Source of the DNA: Podarcis tiliguerta
Lineage: Eukaryota
Strand: one strand, 5' to 3'
Assembly: GCA_965153285.1 (NCBI GenBank)
Contig: OZ229116.1
Length of the DNA stretch: 64,000 nucleotides
Shown: piece after piece, positions 36,218-50,800 of the stretch
How the letters are laid out: each line of letters begins with the position of its first letter
Position numbering within the stretch: the stretch's first letter is position 1
Notes under the pieces: model-generated
The model's input: the letters and a program-made list of their open reading frames with translations, nothing else
Databases searched by the model: none
Told to the model about the DNA's origin: nothing
Program-made: the position numbers and the translations under genes

Positions 36218-38749
36218 CCTTACTACAATGTGTACCACACACACGGATGAATTAGTCTTCTGTTACATGACATTTAGAGGGCGTGCATCTATATAATTTG
36301 GTCCAAAATCTAGCCCAACTCTTTTTACAGAAAAAAAAATCAAAAACAAGAAAATAAGGCTGAAAAATGAGGTGTATACTTGTCGAATTGGTGGAAATAG
36401 GCAAATAAGCAAAACAGCTCCAATCAAAGGCAGTTTGTTTATAATTTAAAAAGAAATTATAACAAGAGTTGATGTCTAGACAATGTAGAATTGTTTCCCC
36501 CCCCTTTTACATAGAAAAGTAAGTAGCTATACTGTAAGTAACCCTTGCATAAAATGGTGCCAAATTAGAATATGTATTGGTGAGCAATTATCAACTATAT
36601 TATTATACCAGTTCTCCCCCCAAGGAGCTAAGAGTGGTGCTTAATTTTTTGCTGATACTGGTATTAATTTTCTGCATATTTATTGTTAGACTTTCTTATG
36701 ACGTATGGGTATTATAAATTTTATGTATGGACTGAATGGGACCTTAAGGAGACAATTGCTCCTAGAATATACAGAGTATGGTGCAATATGACATAGACAC
36801 TACTGGACCAAAAATACTTTTATCTATCCAAATTCCCACATCTGACATGAGAACTTTGAATCCACTGTATCACACCAGTTCTACTCTACTTAGTCTGCTA
36901 TAGGCACTATTAATACAGCTTTAGTTTATCATTTGAATCTTGGGCTTCGAATTTTCTCTTTATTCTTATTTTACATTCACGCTCCCATTTAGTTCAAGGT
37001 TTCATAAATCAACATTCATTTTTGTCATCTCTGTCTATTGTTAGCCCCGACAGATGCATAATAATGTAATAGGCACACTACGCTTGAACCTGTCCTAAAT
37101 GAATATGTGTCATTATCTGTCAGACAGGTTTCCTTGTTCAACTACATTTTGAAAGTAAGATAGCTACAAAACTCCACCATTATTTTCCTGATCTACACTT
37201 GGCTGATTCTTCTGCCTGGCTGACAATACTTAAAGTTAACTTCAAGCTCCCAGTCCATATTAAAAATCTGCAATCCTAAACACACTTAGCAAGAGTATGC
37301 TCCAATAAACACAATATAAATTACTTCTGAGTACATATGCATAGTTTTGTACAGAAAGGCAGGATGCCTCTATGGCACTGCCCCACTCTACCAGTCATTC
37401 CTGGTTAGTATATTTGAAATGATATACAGCTAGTCAGCAATTAGCAAGTAGTTTCTGACTAGGACGGTACCTTTTAAGGCCAGTGGCTATGGAACATGCA
37501 GATGTAGTTAGGAAGGTGCTTTAGGGTGGTTATCCTTTCATATTAAGGGGAACGTTAGGCTAAAACTGAATAGCTTTTATATGGAGGAGTATTCAAAGAT
37601 ACTATTCCACATCTGCAGTCTGAAATGGTACTACTCAATGTAAGGTACCCCGTGATCCTGTTGACTGTGCAGTTTAGTTCTTATTGCCTTGCCTTTTGTT
37701 GAGATCATATATATTTTATGTTTAGTATTCATATGAAACACTATATTCAACACATTATCCTAATGTCACTGGACCATAAACCTAATATTTTAGCCTATCA
37801 GTTCAGCTGTCACAAGCTATTTTCTGACCTAAAGTATTTTGCAAATATTTCTAAAGCCATTTCAGTCAATAACTACTGTAAATGAAACAATGCATACTAT
37901 CTGAACTTAGACACTTCGTGAAATGTTTATGCATTGCTATATCCTTCTACATGTTTATGGTTACACATACTGCATTTTTCATGGCCTGGTGATGCTCACC
38001 TTGAAGAAAAAAGAGATTTCATTGTTTCTGAAGAGCAAGTCTGAGGATTTGTATATTGCATCTAAATGTACTGGTGTTACACTGAGCCTGTCACCAACGG
38101 GAGTGTCATTACCATAGTAAAGGTGATCTCACAAGTAAATCCTATGGTGGCTTCCAAGAAAGTTTCCCTATTTTTACCAGCAGATGTCTCTATTATACCA
38201 TCCTGGCCTCTCATCCTGGAGACCACTATGGCCTCTTTTTAGCACTGTAATTGCAATCATGAATATATAGATATCTACCATATATTCAGCAACAGCAGTA
38301 ATCCTTGTTGAATAAAACTAACTGTACCATATTCTCCTGTGCCACAGGCCTCCTAGCTGCAACCACAGCGAGTACGTGCAGGCTGAAGATCCTTACTTTA
38401 TTTCTTGGCTCCTTTGACATTTTGGAGGTGTCCATGGAGATAATAAATTCTCCTAATACCTCTTCTTCCTTTTCAGCATCTGCCTTTTCCAGACTACTTT
38501 ATGGTAGTCTCCTCTAGTGCCATCTTTCCCCTCTCCAGTCATTTCAGCACAATTCATTTGAGAGCCATTGCTTACTTTTAAACACACACACAGGAAACCA
38601 TTCTGTGTGCAAACATGAAAATGCAGTGCCTATTTGCACTTCACAATTACATGCTTGACAATGTGTGCATGCAGTAAGGAGGCAATGCTGTGCATTGATC
38701 CTGTGGCAGAGATGCATTTTCTACAGAGTAATGTCTGCAGTGACTCTAA

Positions 38750-38751
<2 letters not shown>

Positions 38752-38785
<34 letters not shown>
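38752..38785. repeat. (GT)17 microsatellite
   Basis: Direct reading. Confidence 0.95.
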
Positions 38786-38788
<3 letters not shown>

Positions 38789-38833
38789 GAACCCCTGGAT
38801 GGTTCAGTCCAGCCAAAGGTATTCCATTACACA

Positions 38834-38988
38834 AGAAGCAGTTTAGACATGCTGGCCACACAACCTGGAAAGCTGTCTATGGACAAACACTGGCTCCCTC
38901 TGTCTGAACAGCGAAATGAGCACTGCACACCATAGTCGCCTTTGACTGGACTTAACTGCCCAAAGGTCCCTTACCTTTATCTACCTTA
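38834..38988 (+). mobile_element. Sauria SINE 3' fragment
   Basis: CATGCTGGCCAC...GGAAAGCTGTC...GACTGGAC...CCCTTACCTTTATCTACCTTA is homologous to the 3' half of the two larger copies. Confidence 0.75.
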
Positions 38989-39614
38989 CAGTATCTAGAA
39001 CACTGCTGGCACTTCGAGTGTGAAACAGTAGCAGTAGTGGCTAAATCAGTGCAGGACAAGGTCATCGGACAAAAACCGACTTAATAAATATTCCAATAGT
39101 CACAAGAAACACAATTAGTCTTTAGAAACAACCCTTTTGTTATACTTACATTTTCAGACAGCCACTGAGGATGAGTTTATAATACATTTATTTATTTTGA
39201 CTGCCAGCGCCTATCGACGATGACAAAAGTTCCTAGTCCTTCATTCAGACAGGGACCTTGGGAAGATATTTGTTGCATTTTTGCGCCCAGTGGTTATGCA
39301 AGACTAGCTGCTCTATATGAAATGCTCCTTTATGAAAATGTTGTGACTTATCATTAAATGCAACCTAAGATATCTGGAAGCATAATGACAAGAAGATAAA
39401 GCACTGGTCAGGAAAGCTCATAAAAGCATTCTTTTTTTATTTTTTCAGTTTTTGACCAGTCATTGTGAAGAACTGTAATTACAGGATGAAGAAAACTTTA
39501 TGAAAATAAGCATGTATGCAGCAGAAAAGATGATTAACATGCAGGACTTCTGATTTCTTTTCTTTTTCTGTCTTTGAAGTGGCCTAATAAGGTGTAGGAG
39601 GGTTTAGAATAAAA

Positions 39615-39615
<1 letters not shown>

Positions 39616-39646
<31 letters not shown>
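39616..39646. repeat. (AC)n microsatellite
   Basis: Direct reading. Confidence 0.95.
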
Positions 39647-39649
<3 letters not shown>

Positions 39650-39832
39650 GGGTATTATTGTTTTTGACCAAAGGTCTATTTTGTGAAGAGGTAGCCAATA
39701 TGGTGTCATTCAGATGCTGTTGGATTCCGACTCCCATTAGCCCCAGCCAGCATGGCCAAGGGTCAGAGATGATGTGAGTTGCAATTCAACAACATCAGAA
39801 GCGTGTTTGCTAATCCTGAGCTAGTTTTATTT

Positions 39833-40033
39833 ATTATATTTATATCCCACCTTTCCTCTAAGGAGCTCACAAGATTCTCCATGATTTATCCTCACAACAA
39901 CCCTGCAATGTAGGTTAGGTTGAGCAAAGGTGACTGGCCCAAGTCGACAAAGTGAGCTTGTTGGCTAAGTAAGTGGGGATTTGAACCCTGATCTCCCAGG
40001 TCCCAGTCCAGCATTCTAACCACTACACCACAC
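39833..40033 (-). mobile_element. tRNA-derived CORE/MIR-like SINE
   Basis: Minus strand has A box TGGTGTAGTGG, B box GGTTCAAATCC, core CTCACAACAACCCTG and an AT-rich tail. Related copies at ~11780-11965, ~31875-32035 and ~33795-34332. Confidence 0.8.
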
Positions 40034-40044
40034 TATGCATCATT

Positions 40045-40530
40045 CTGTTTGCTATGGACACCAACCAGATGCTTCTTGGAAGCTCACAGTTAGGGAACAA
40101 AGGCAAGAGCCCTCCCTCAATGTTGTTCAGCAAATGCGATTCAGAGTTATATTGCCTCTGAACACAAACGTTCCATGTTGCCACCATAACTAACGGCCAT
40201 CGATTGCTTCATCCTCCATGAATCTGTTTGATCTGCTTTTCAAGGCATCTAGGCTGGTGGCCATCACTACTTCTGGAAGCAGGAATTCAACAAGTCATGA
40301 ATTGTATAAAATGATATCTCTTTTTTCTGTGTCCTCAAACTACTGCTAGTGAGTCTCATGGGATGACCCCAAAGCTCCAGACGTATGAGAAGGGGGGAAA
40401 AACTTCTTTGTGTCCACTTTTCCCAGGCTGCCCCCCGCCTCATTTTGTTCTAAACTGTAAAAGCCACAAATATTTCATCCTCTTCTTCCAAGCCCCTGAT
40501 CATTTGGGCTGCCCTTCTCTGCACCCTTTT
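40045..40530 (-). mobile_element. CR1 LINE 3' fragment
   Basis: Collinear with 44036-44325 and extends to GCCCTTCTCTGCACC, typical of the CR1 ORF2 antisense strand. Confidence 0.6.
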
Positions 40531-43500
40531 GATATCTGAACTGAACTAGTATTTGTTTCCTGAAACGATTATATTGGAGAACATTCATCTGACCAGGGAG
40601 TGTGTGTGTGTGTGCCACAGTCTTCTTTCAGGTGTGTATGTGACTGTAAACCACAAGTCAGGAGAGGGCTTGAGGGATCTAGTTTTACTAGACCCAGATA
40701 GCCACTGATTGGAGTCAGGGACAAATGACATATACTTTGAATTAAAAGTACTAAGTGTGGTATTCAACTAAATAACTGCAGGTGGAACAAGTTCCACTTG
40801 CCCAATGGGATTTCCTTTCCTCTCCTCCCCCTGTGCTCTCCCAAAATCTGCTTGAGAGGATTGGGGAAATCCCCAGAACAGGTTTAAGGGGTGAGCAGAG
40901 GGAGGAAAGAGGCTGAACCTTCTGCTGTGCAAGGAGAAATTCTGCCACTAATGGAATATTCCGTTTAGCACTGTTTTGAGTACAGCCCATGGGGCCTTTG
41001 AACACAGGGACTTCTACTGAGTAACAGATCTGCGTTGAGCTCACAGTTCTCCCATAAGCAAAATTTATTTCTGGTTACCCCAAGTTTTCTTCATTTCAGC
41101 AGCTTAATTTGGTGTGGGTGTGCCATTTTGTTGTTGCTACTGTCAAACAACTGGGAGCCAGACATCTTTGGTGATCTGCTGCAAATCACCCAGAGATCCA
41201 TCAGTACATTCCAGGCTATATTCTTTTCCCCCCTATCATATGTGGCTCCATCTCTGGAATGGTTGTGGTTCAGTGGGAGACTTTGCATGAAAAGCTTCTA
41301 GGTTCATCCCCAGCATTCTTCATAAGGCTTGGGGACCACCTGTGCAGAGCTGCTGCCTGCCAGTGTCAACAGCACTGAGCTAGATGAGCCAATGGACTTG
41401 GGGCTTTCTTTTGCATTTGGAAGGTTGCCAGAGGTTATTGAAAAGCTTAGGGTGGCTTACCTTGCATTTTCTCCATATTGCTGGGTTTGTGAAACTGTTT
41501 TACTAATTGGCATCTTACTGCATGCCTCATTTAGGTTTTAAGTCCTAAGAACTTCTAATGATCTTACCAAGGGCATGTCTTTGTAGCTTCTGTGATGAAA
41601 GGTTTCCAAGCTCATCACCAATTAGTAACTAGAAACAGCCATACTCCTAAACTGATGTGGCCATTAATTCAAATATTCCTATAGATATTCCAGGTGAAGG
41701 TTGTTGGATATTCACAAGCAGACTAATAGCTATGAATGCTGTGAACAATGACATTTAGATTCTACCTGAAAAGAGGTACATTTTTTGTGCGGCAAGAAGG
41801 GTAGTTTCTTGAAAAGGCACGGCTGTTATACTCTAATAGTTCTTGATATGGGGTCCACTGGGATAGCTATTTTATTTTCTCTTGGTTGGGTGAAGACTTG
41901 CCCCTCCACAAGTGGAAGGGCTCCTTCCATTTATGGAAGGAAGCAGAGCCCAAGGTAGACCCATGGGAAGAAGGATGCTCAAATCCTAGCTCCTTTCTGC
42001 CTTTCTTGGATGGCTCTGGGCAAGTCTCATCAGTTGCCCATATGCAAAATGCGAATGCTAAGGATGTCCCTCCCATGGTGAGCTGTGAAAATGTGTACTA
42101 TGTGTGAAAGAAATTTTATATTACTAATTACTCAAATGCAAATGAGGAGTAAATTTAATAGCACAAACAGAACATTTGCTAGCTTTATTTCTTCTTTCAG
42201 TTTTGTTTGCCTTGTTTTTTCTTTTAATGGTTTGTATTCATTTTATAGTATGAGCCAAAGCGTGGTATAGAAATGAATGAATGAAACAAACAAACAAACA
42301 AACAAAATTGTGTCAAAGAAAAGCACATGTGGAGTGTGTAAGATTCTGAATAGTGCTTTTTATGAATGATTTGGGCGGCGGTGGGGGGAACGATATATAA
42401 TTCAACAAGACATAAAGCAACTTCTGCGGATATTCAGTTTCAAAGCAGCTTGATTTGGATAAGAAACTCTTTCACATGCATAAAACCACATAGCAGGCGA
42501 GAATACAGTTTCCAAATAGTCCTCATGAGTGAGTTTTATTCCACAGAATATGCTGTACGTACACTGAGAAGCTGAATATGTGATACAATTTCAGTGCTGG
42601 ATTTCTTCCATTCACAGTTGGTCATCAAAATATGATGGACTGGATTCAGGTCTACCACACATACTTAAGAGTAGGCCCATTGAAATCAAGAAGATTTATG
42701 TTTTAATGCATCTATGCTTAAGTATGGCTAAGCATAGTCTGGCCCCAACCCCATGTCATTAGTGTGAAGCAGAAGTGAACACAACCTTCTTGGTGAAAGT
42801 TACGCTGCAAAAAAGGTCTAATTTCTAATATGGCACAGGACTAAATGGGAACTTGTGTACCTTCTTTATTTAAATGAAGCAGAATATCCTGATGAATTCA
42901 ACCTCAGAATGAGGATGCAAAAACCTCCTTTTATGCAAATATATTGCTGCTTTTCTTCCATCCCATTCATTTTCCAAGCATGAGTCAGGACACACACATT
43001 TACTCCTATTTATTTTTCTCCTGCATTTCATTTCTATATTTTGGAACTTGATAAATTACTTAAATTATTTGCTTATCAGCCTCAGTTTTAAAAATGAGGT
43101 GCATTTTTCACGTCTCCTCCTCTACCAAAGGCTTAAATGAATAAATCAATTTTGGACTAATGTATGATTCCGCCTTATCCAGAATGAATCACTAAAACCG
43201 AAACAACATATTAACCTCTTGGAACCAGAGGTTGGGATTAGCATATTAGTATTTAAGCGCTGTGAGCTTCAGTCCTTCAGACCCTTAGGATTAAACCGTA
43301 GCACATTTGTTACCCAGTATGTGTGAAAGCATTGGTTGCACATGTTTACAAGCATATGCAGCAGCATGCGGACTGTATGCCTACAAACTCTGGGCCAATG
43401 CTCTTCAACTCTCAACATTCTCAGTCCCAAAACAGTGTTTCCCATACTTTTTGATGCCTAGGGTCCTCACACCACCCTGAAATAAAAGGAAGTGTAGTTC

Positions 43501-44035
43501 AAGTTTGTCCTAAAAAAGTTACATATAGTATTTTTCTAAATTAGCTCCCAGAACAAAGGGCAGGCATTTTCTTTGCATTTTGGGGGCTAGGTCAGTTAGT
43601 ATCTGGTCTGTACTAGCTCCTCGCACCCTGCTCTTCTTTTTGCCCAATCAGCCAAGGACTCTAATATAAGAGCATGTTTTGGGATTCCCCCCATGCTTAG
43701 AAGCCTGGAAATATAAAATAAGAACAGATTCATGTTGTAATGGGTAACCGGGAAAACAAGCAACACTGATATTCCTGATACTTTGCTCTAGCTATCCCTG
43801 AGTTTCTGGACTTCATAGTTACAAAGAATAATTTGAAAATTAAGGCTGAGGTTTGATGACATCTTAGAAACTGTAAGGAGGTGCCAGGTTGATCATCAAG
43901 CCATCAGGGGTTGGAAAGACAAATACAAACTGATACAGTTTTCATCCTTCATTATGATTCCCATCTCATTTGCAGATAATTTGTTTTTTCTTTTAGAACT
44001 GGATACACATACTCCTGGCTATCAAACTGTGATGC

Positions 44036-44325
44036 ATGAAGAAAATAATAACAGCCCTGCTGGATCATGCCAAAGACCCCTTTAGTTCAGAATCCTGTTC
44101 TCACAGTAGCCAACTAGAAGCCTATGGGAAACATGCAAGGAGGACCTGAGTGCAACAGTGATCTCCATACTTGTGATTTTCAGTAACTGTTATTCAGAGG
44201 CATATACAACCTCTGGCAATGGAGGTACAACATAGCCATTGTGCCTAGTAGCCACTGAAAGCCACATCCTCCATAGATTTGTTTAATCTTCTTTTAAAGC
44301 TATCCAAGCTGGTGGCCATAACTAT
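44036..44325 (-). mobile_element. CR1 LINE 3' fragment
   Basis: GCCCTGCTGGATCA.GCCAAAG...ATCCTGTTCTCACAGTAGCCAAC...TCCTCCAT...CTTTTAAAGC.ATCCAAGCTGGTGGCCAT. Homologous to ~40045-40530 and (inverted) ~32825-32915. Confidence 0.65.
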
Positions 44326-45815
44326 ATCATTATCCAATCTGACTAAAAAGAAATGGGTACTAGAGCTACATCTACTCATGAAGGCAGACGTTTACTGCAA
44401 TAGAAACAGTGCCATAAAATCAAAATCATTCTCCCAACCAGGACCACAGGGTCTTGTGAAGAACTACTTTTTTCCCTGAAGGGAGCAGAGTAGATGCTGA
44501 TAAAACTTCTTCTAAATGGACAGTAGCCTCTTATGTTTTGTTTTCACATTTTTATTGATACTCGTAATAATAGGATGAGTACATCAGCTTTCTCTGAGTA
44601 AACTGAAATAAGAAATGGAACCCATTTGGCTGTTCCCAGAAGATCATCTTTGTATGCTATAGATTGTAGATATAAAATCCTTCCATATATAAAGTTGTTT
44701 AACACACATAAAACATACATAAAATGAAGATGACCTATTAGCCAAAGCAATATAACCCCTCACATCGCAGTAGTACTCAGTCAGACTTAAATTAGTAAAT
44801 TAGAACAGGATATGAAACAACAACAAAAAGAGCGTTTTTTTCTGTGCTGTGGGATGAAATATGATTTTTGGAATAACGGGTTATATTTATGGAGGCAAGT
44901 CAAATGTTGATAAGGTGACTCACCTTGGCTCTCACAGTCCTGTCACCCTACAGTTGACTGTCCTTTAATGGCTACAACACAGAGTTGTCTGGCTATACCA
45001 GCTGTTTCTGAACATCAATAGGTCTCTATTTAAATCTGCATAGTTAGGTGTGAAGTTGAGATGCTGTCTCGAAAATAGAAAGTCTGTGTTGGATTTTCTT
45101 GCAATATAGTTTTTTTAACAAGAAAAGGAATCAGTGAGAAAAGTTAACAAGTATAGGAGTGCAATTCTTTAATGTGAGAATGTAATTAAAAGGATTGCAT
45201 ATTCATTACTATAAATATGTGAAAGCTACAACATATAATGTGCTCCTCAGAAGGGATTTAGATGGACACCTGATACACAGCTGTGCTGGACAGTCCAGCT
45301 GTGTGAAGGATTCAACCCGCTCTGCTCCCTTTTCCATTCATATGACACAAAGGTTAATTGTGAGCTAAGCAGTGATTTCTGGTATCAGCATATGCAGAAG
45401 CAGCATGGCTGGCTGGCTGCGGAGAGTCACATAGCTGTCCTCCTGATATTGGCATCACTGCCACCCACTTGTATGGGGGTGGGCTGTGGAACGGTTGTAC
45501 TGGCAGACTGGGATACCCTTAGAAAAGACAAGGCTTTGAATATGGTGGAATTCTCAAGCTAGAGAACACACATGCCATACATATCATACCACACCACACA
45601 GGGATACCATACAAGAGCACTGTGAGCTCTTATGTTTCACTGAACACATTTTTTGCTCTTTAACATGACTTCATGGCACTGATTCAGAACTGACCTCAGA
45701 GAAAAAGCAGCTCCCATTGATATTGATCATTTGTTTGTGAAATAAGGAAGAGGAAGGTTATGGTTAGCCTTTCCCACTCCCCCCCTCAGAGTTTTTGGTA
45801 AAATGTGATTTAAGA

Positions 45816-46580
45816 TGTCCATGAACACCCCAGGTCCTGGATCAGTCATGCGAGCCCTGGGAAGTCTGTTTGCCTTCTAGGACAGGCAGTTTTGTGGGCG
45901 GGTCCTGGGCTGTTTTAGTGAAGCGGCAAATGGCAGGCCAGATTGCCTGTCTGTTGCCAAATTGGCCAATGGTGGTAGGACTTTGTGGGCATTCCCTGGG
46001 TGTGGGACCAACTGTCCAATGGTAGCACTTGGCCCCTCTCCCAGGGCCAGGATATATTGCGGGCCTACCAGGCCAATTGGCCTCTATTTTCTTTGCTGGT
46101 GGGAATTTTCCCATTTTGCAAATTGTCACCAGCCAACTGGTTTTCGCCAACCTCATAGCAATTGTCACAACTTTGTAAGGCAGACAGGCACTGGGTAAGC
46201 TTAGATCTTGGATGGAGGGGAGGTTGTAGCCTCTGCCTGACTCTCCACGAGTAAGGATATCCTGTGAAAAGGATCTGGGAGGAGTGGCTATTGTCCAACG
46301 CTGAGACGAGGGCTAGGCCATACCACTCCTCCAACAGGGACCATTTGGGGGATGCCCCAATTTGATATAGGTCATACAGCATCCCTTCCAGTTGGCTTTA
46401 CCCTTAGAGACACTGCCAGCAGAGGGGCTGGAGTGGTATTCGGGTGGCTTATCCCAATGCCCATGGCCAAAACCTTCACATCTGTAACCAATAAAACTGT
46501 GGCATTATTTAATCCCATAAAACCAAAATACTGCGTATTGTCTAGTTTTTTAATCCCTGGAGAATGTCATGGGGCCTTGA
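45816..46580 (+). mobile_element. LTR/DIRS-like fragment
   Basis: GC-rich island with CCAAT boxes, TATA-like GATATATT, donor-like GG|GTAAGC and AATAAAACTGTGGC. Boundaries uncertain. Confidence 0.35.
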
Positions 46581-47629
46581 CATGTAAATATATGCATATC
46601 ATGACATCTCTAGCAAAGAACACCATGCTTTCAACATTTGGCTGCTGCCAGTTATCAAGTGTTGAACAGTCAAGTGATGATGAATAAAGTCGTATGAATG
46701 TTTGCTCAAAAGTATGTTCCACTATGTTCAATGGGGCATTCTCACTAGAAAATGGGCTCAAGCTTGCAGATTAACCATGTATGAATAAACCACTCAGAGT
46801 GGCTGGGGCAACCCAGTCAGATGGGTGGGGTACAAATAATAAAATTATTCATATTATTAATAATAGACTAGATGTATATGACAGACAAGAACATACGCTT
46901 CTGAACATTTGGTTAGTTCATTGTCTACTCAGTGCTCTTTGAAATCTGTGGGAAGTAAGTGTTCAGATTACCAGATCAAATACTTTGGCATGATCCACAA
47001 GGGCAACATGTGATCGTAAGACAATATATGCACAGTTTTATTCCTATTGTTGGGTTATGCCTAGATACATCCAGAGCAGAGTATAAATTTCAGATTCCAA
47101 ACAGAGTAGGCGTGCTTGCAAAGTTGCACATGAGAAAATCATTCAGATTTGCACTTTTGGGACACTAAACAGGAAATTGCCCAAGCTGATCATTTAAGGG
47201 AAGCTCACAGTAGCCGTTCAATTCATAATGAGCAAGAATGCCTAATGTGTCAGACAAACCAAAAATGAGCTGTTGCCCTGATTTTTATAATCTTATTACA
47301 GAGCTGCAGAATTTAATAGCACTTTATGATCGATACAAACACAAGCCACATTTTGCAACCATAAAACACTGTGTGTCACACATCCTGGAGTGGCAGGAAT
47401 TGATTTCAGCACAGGAAGCAAAAGGTTCTTTCAGAAAACCACTACCCACAAAATAAATTAAAACTAAACATTTATCTCAAAAAAATTATTCTATGTCATG
47501 TGATACGACAGAGAGGCTGATGAGGTATCTGAACTGGATATGAGCCAAAACTGATTTCAGGGGGTGTTTTATATGGGAAAACCCCCATAGTAGTTGCTCC
47601 TTTTTTGAATAAACAAGCATTCATTTTGG

Positions 47630-47820
47630 GAAATAGGAAGCTGCATTATACTGAGTCAGATCACTGGTCTATCTAGCTCAGCATTATCTACACTGACTGG
47701 CAGCAGTTATCCAGGGTTTCAGAGAACTTCCCCCAAACCTTACTTGGAAATGCCAGAGACCTCAAGTTCAGACCTTCTGCATGCAAACTAAATGCTTTCC
47801 AACTGGGCTACAGTCCCACC
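47630..47820 (-). mobile_element. tRNA-derived squamate SINE (second family)
   Basis: AGGAAGCTGC.TTATACTGAGTCAGA.CA.TGGTC.ATCTAGCTCAG...ACCTTCTGCATGCAAA...CTGGGCTACAG. An inverted partial copy lies at ~41260-41400. Confidence 0.65.
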
Positions 47821-50800
47821 TTTACTTCTCAAGAAAGCAATTGCTCTCAATGCAGATGTGAGGGGGAGAGGCCTGAAAAACAGGGAGGATTTATAACTCC
47901 CCTGCAATGTTGTCCACGGTACTCAACTCCATGTTGCATATGGGGTGGTGCTGAAAAGTGGCTGACCCCCCAGCCTTGCCATGTAGCGCAATGCTATTAT
48001 CTCCATATTACTGCAGACAATGTGGACATTGTGGACATTTACCCTGTATAGACTCCCTAGACTTATTACAGCTACAGCTACAGAACCTACAGTATGGCGC
48101 TGTATCAAGCTATCGTTGCCATACAATAAGCCACGGTTTACCTGTATTCCCTGTTGCAGCAATCCAATCCCCTTCTGCAAGATACCCTGTACCTCTCAAC
48201 CCACCCTCTTTCCTTGTCCTCACAAGCTGCTTCTCTTCCTCTGCGTGGGCTGGCTGGTTTATCCTGCCAACATGACATTTCACCTGACCTCTTGGCCTGT
48301 ACCTGCAACTGTGTCTGTAATTAGTCCCGGCAGTTAATCCTCTTGCTGCGTTGCCAGATCACTTTCGGCCTGAACTTTAAAAACAGGTGCTGATCTTGCA
48401 CAGAACCACACAGTGTCCTGAGTTTCAGAACTCCCTTTGGGGAGAAATATACATCCTGAAATAGAACTCCGAGAGCAACCACGTAGCAGCAAGGAGGCAT
48501 TTAGGGGTATGCTCTGTTTGGTGTTATCATTAGAAACCACAGCTAAGGAAACTGTCCGGAATTAGTTCAGATGGTTTCCATGCCTGGGTCATGCTTCATT
48601 TTATTATAACAGATATTCTCAGCAACAACATTTTAGGTGGGAAAAGAAATCATTGCCAGCTAGGTTGTTTCATACATTTCATAGCAGCAAACCTTAGTTT
48701 GTAACTGGGTTCACAGGGATTGTAATTGACAGGGATTCGCAGCCAATCCTGGCTCCCTGATGAGGCCACCTATATGATACACTCATCTGCAAACTCCTGG
48801 TTGGCTGTATTCCTCTTTGCATTATTTTAGCTTGATGCCTTAAGATGCAATGTGTGAAATGGCACTAGGTTACCTTAAAAGAAAATAAAAAATGAGTTTT
48901 GCACATAATGATAAATGAGATTGGTCAGTATCTATGGCATTATATAATAAAGTCTTTATTGAGCCAATAAGGAAGCGGACCTTCTGTTTGCATTGTATAC
49001 AGAGACCTATTAGGCCAAGTGGCAGCACCAAGGGAATTAATCATTTGGTGTCTTAGAAGTGAAATCACTGAAACAGAACACTACCGCAAGATAAATTACT
49101 ACACATTCTTAACTTTGCATCTAAACTAGTTATCAACAATGTATGTAAATATCTTTACCTCCTGTTTTTGAAAAATACAGAAAATAAAGCAATCAGTATG
49201 GTGTTGCTTTTTTCCTGACACAACTCCCACTTCCTGGAGAGAGTGGGAACTAAACATGGGACAAATCTCATGCTTTGCTACTATGAAATAGTCTGTCGCT
49301 ATTATGCTGCATGGAAACCGACATTTGGGTCACATATATTTTTTAAAATGGGTAAAGTTTTGCTTAACACAATGTCTATTTATTGCAATGTATTAATGAG
49401 AGCAATAGGACTATAGAATGACAATGTTGTAGCCAATTAATGTGTACAAAGAGTAGACCCACTGAAATAGAAAGGGCCAATTCAAATCAATTGATTTCAA
49501 TGGGTCTATTCTGTGTAAGAATTAAGTGGCCACAACCCAATGAGTACAACAGGCTTTTCCAATGCTGTGTGTAGTATAAGGAAAATAGGATATGGCTAGA
49601 ACAAAGAATAATAAATATGATTTAGCTATAAGGGAAGGAACACAAATCATAGCAGCTGAAGGCAAGTGCTGACATCATAGGTACTGCTGAACTTGCCCTC
49701 ATCACATGCCTGACAGCAGACCCATATATGGGGTAACCTCTGCTCAGTATGAACAATGGGTTCAGTCCCGCCTGTGTATTGCTAGGACCTTCAATATAAC
49801 TTCAATCATATGAACCACAGGGACCTTGGAATTTCAAGGAGGGCCCCAAAACATTCTGATGTCATCCTGCAGGCAAGGAAGGTGAGGGGATCACGTCACT
49901 CCTGTGACTGGAATCACCAGAAAAACATGATGTCTAAAGGGTGGTAACTGTAACTTTTGCTTTTCCATGGTTATTCTGATTCTACTGGGTGGTTAAGGGC
50001 TCCGTATAGAGCCCTCCTTCCACACAACACAGCCGCTGCTTGTCATTCTGTGCCCCCCAGGATTGCCTACCAACTGGAGGGCTCATGAGGACAAACCTAG
50101 GCTATGGAACTCATTCAGCTGTGGAGCAAAAATCATTACAGACCTGCTTCTTGCACAATTTCCAAAAATAAATGCAATTCCAGGTGCTGTCAGTGAGTGC
50201 TGTTTGGAAATGAGGTACTTGACATTTTTTAAAAAAACAACCACCACAAAACAGGCCTCCAGTACTGTATATCAAAAAGCCAGCATGAAGAAGAAATATA
50301 TGCTTGACTTTATATTATGCCAATCAATTGCTGGAGTAAATTTCCCCGCTCAAGATTTACACCAACACTGGATCTTGTTCCGTTTGGAAAATTGGCATGA
50401 TATGGGCAGAAAATGCCTGGGCTTAAGCTGACATGCTCCACTTCAGATACAGTGTTTTGCCTGGGCTAACTTCTACTGATAAGCCACGCAACTAACCTAT
50501 GTCTACAATGGATATACAAGCACTATCTCACATTGGAAACAGGAGCAGTTCATCCGGTGGGTCAGCAGTGGCCTCTCAGCAGTGACAAACAGTCCAGATT
50601 CAACACAATGTAACAGCAATCTGACATCAGAAAGCACAACACAGAAATCAGTGGAAGAACATGTCAACCTCTGAAGGCACTCTGTTACTGACAATCAAGC
50701 GGCTACCCTTGAGCAAATAAATTTCAAAACCAGTCTTCAGCATAAAGCCATTGAATTACAACTTGTCAAGTTAATGGACTATGCTGAAATGGCAAAATTA

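Noticed and set aside
38290-38500. Open minus-strand frame LEKADAEKEEEVLGEF... as a cryptic KCNB2 exon
   Set aside because: No polypyrimidine tract or convincing acceptor, and no similarity to Kv sequences.
39960-40033. tRNA gene (A and B boxes present)
   Set aside because: The boxes belong to a SINE head continuous with a CORE body and tail. No cloverleaf.
47900-48400. Cluster of overlapping ~100-aa ORFs as a retrocopy or hidden gene
   Set aside because: No recognisable protein in any listed frame and no poly(A)/TSD signature. It cannot be classified without a search.
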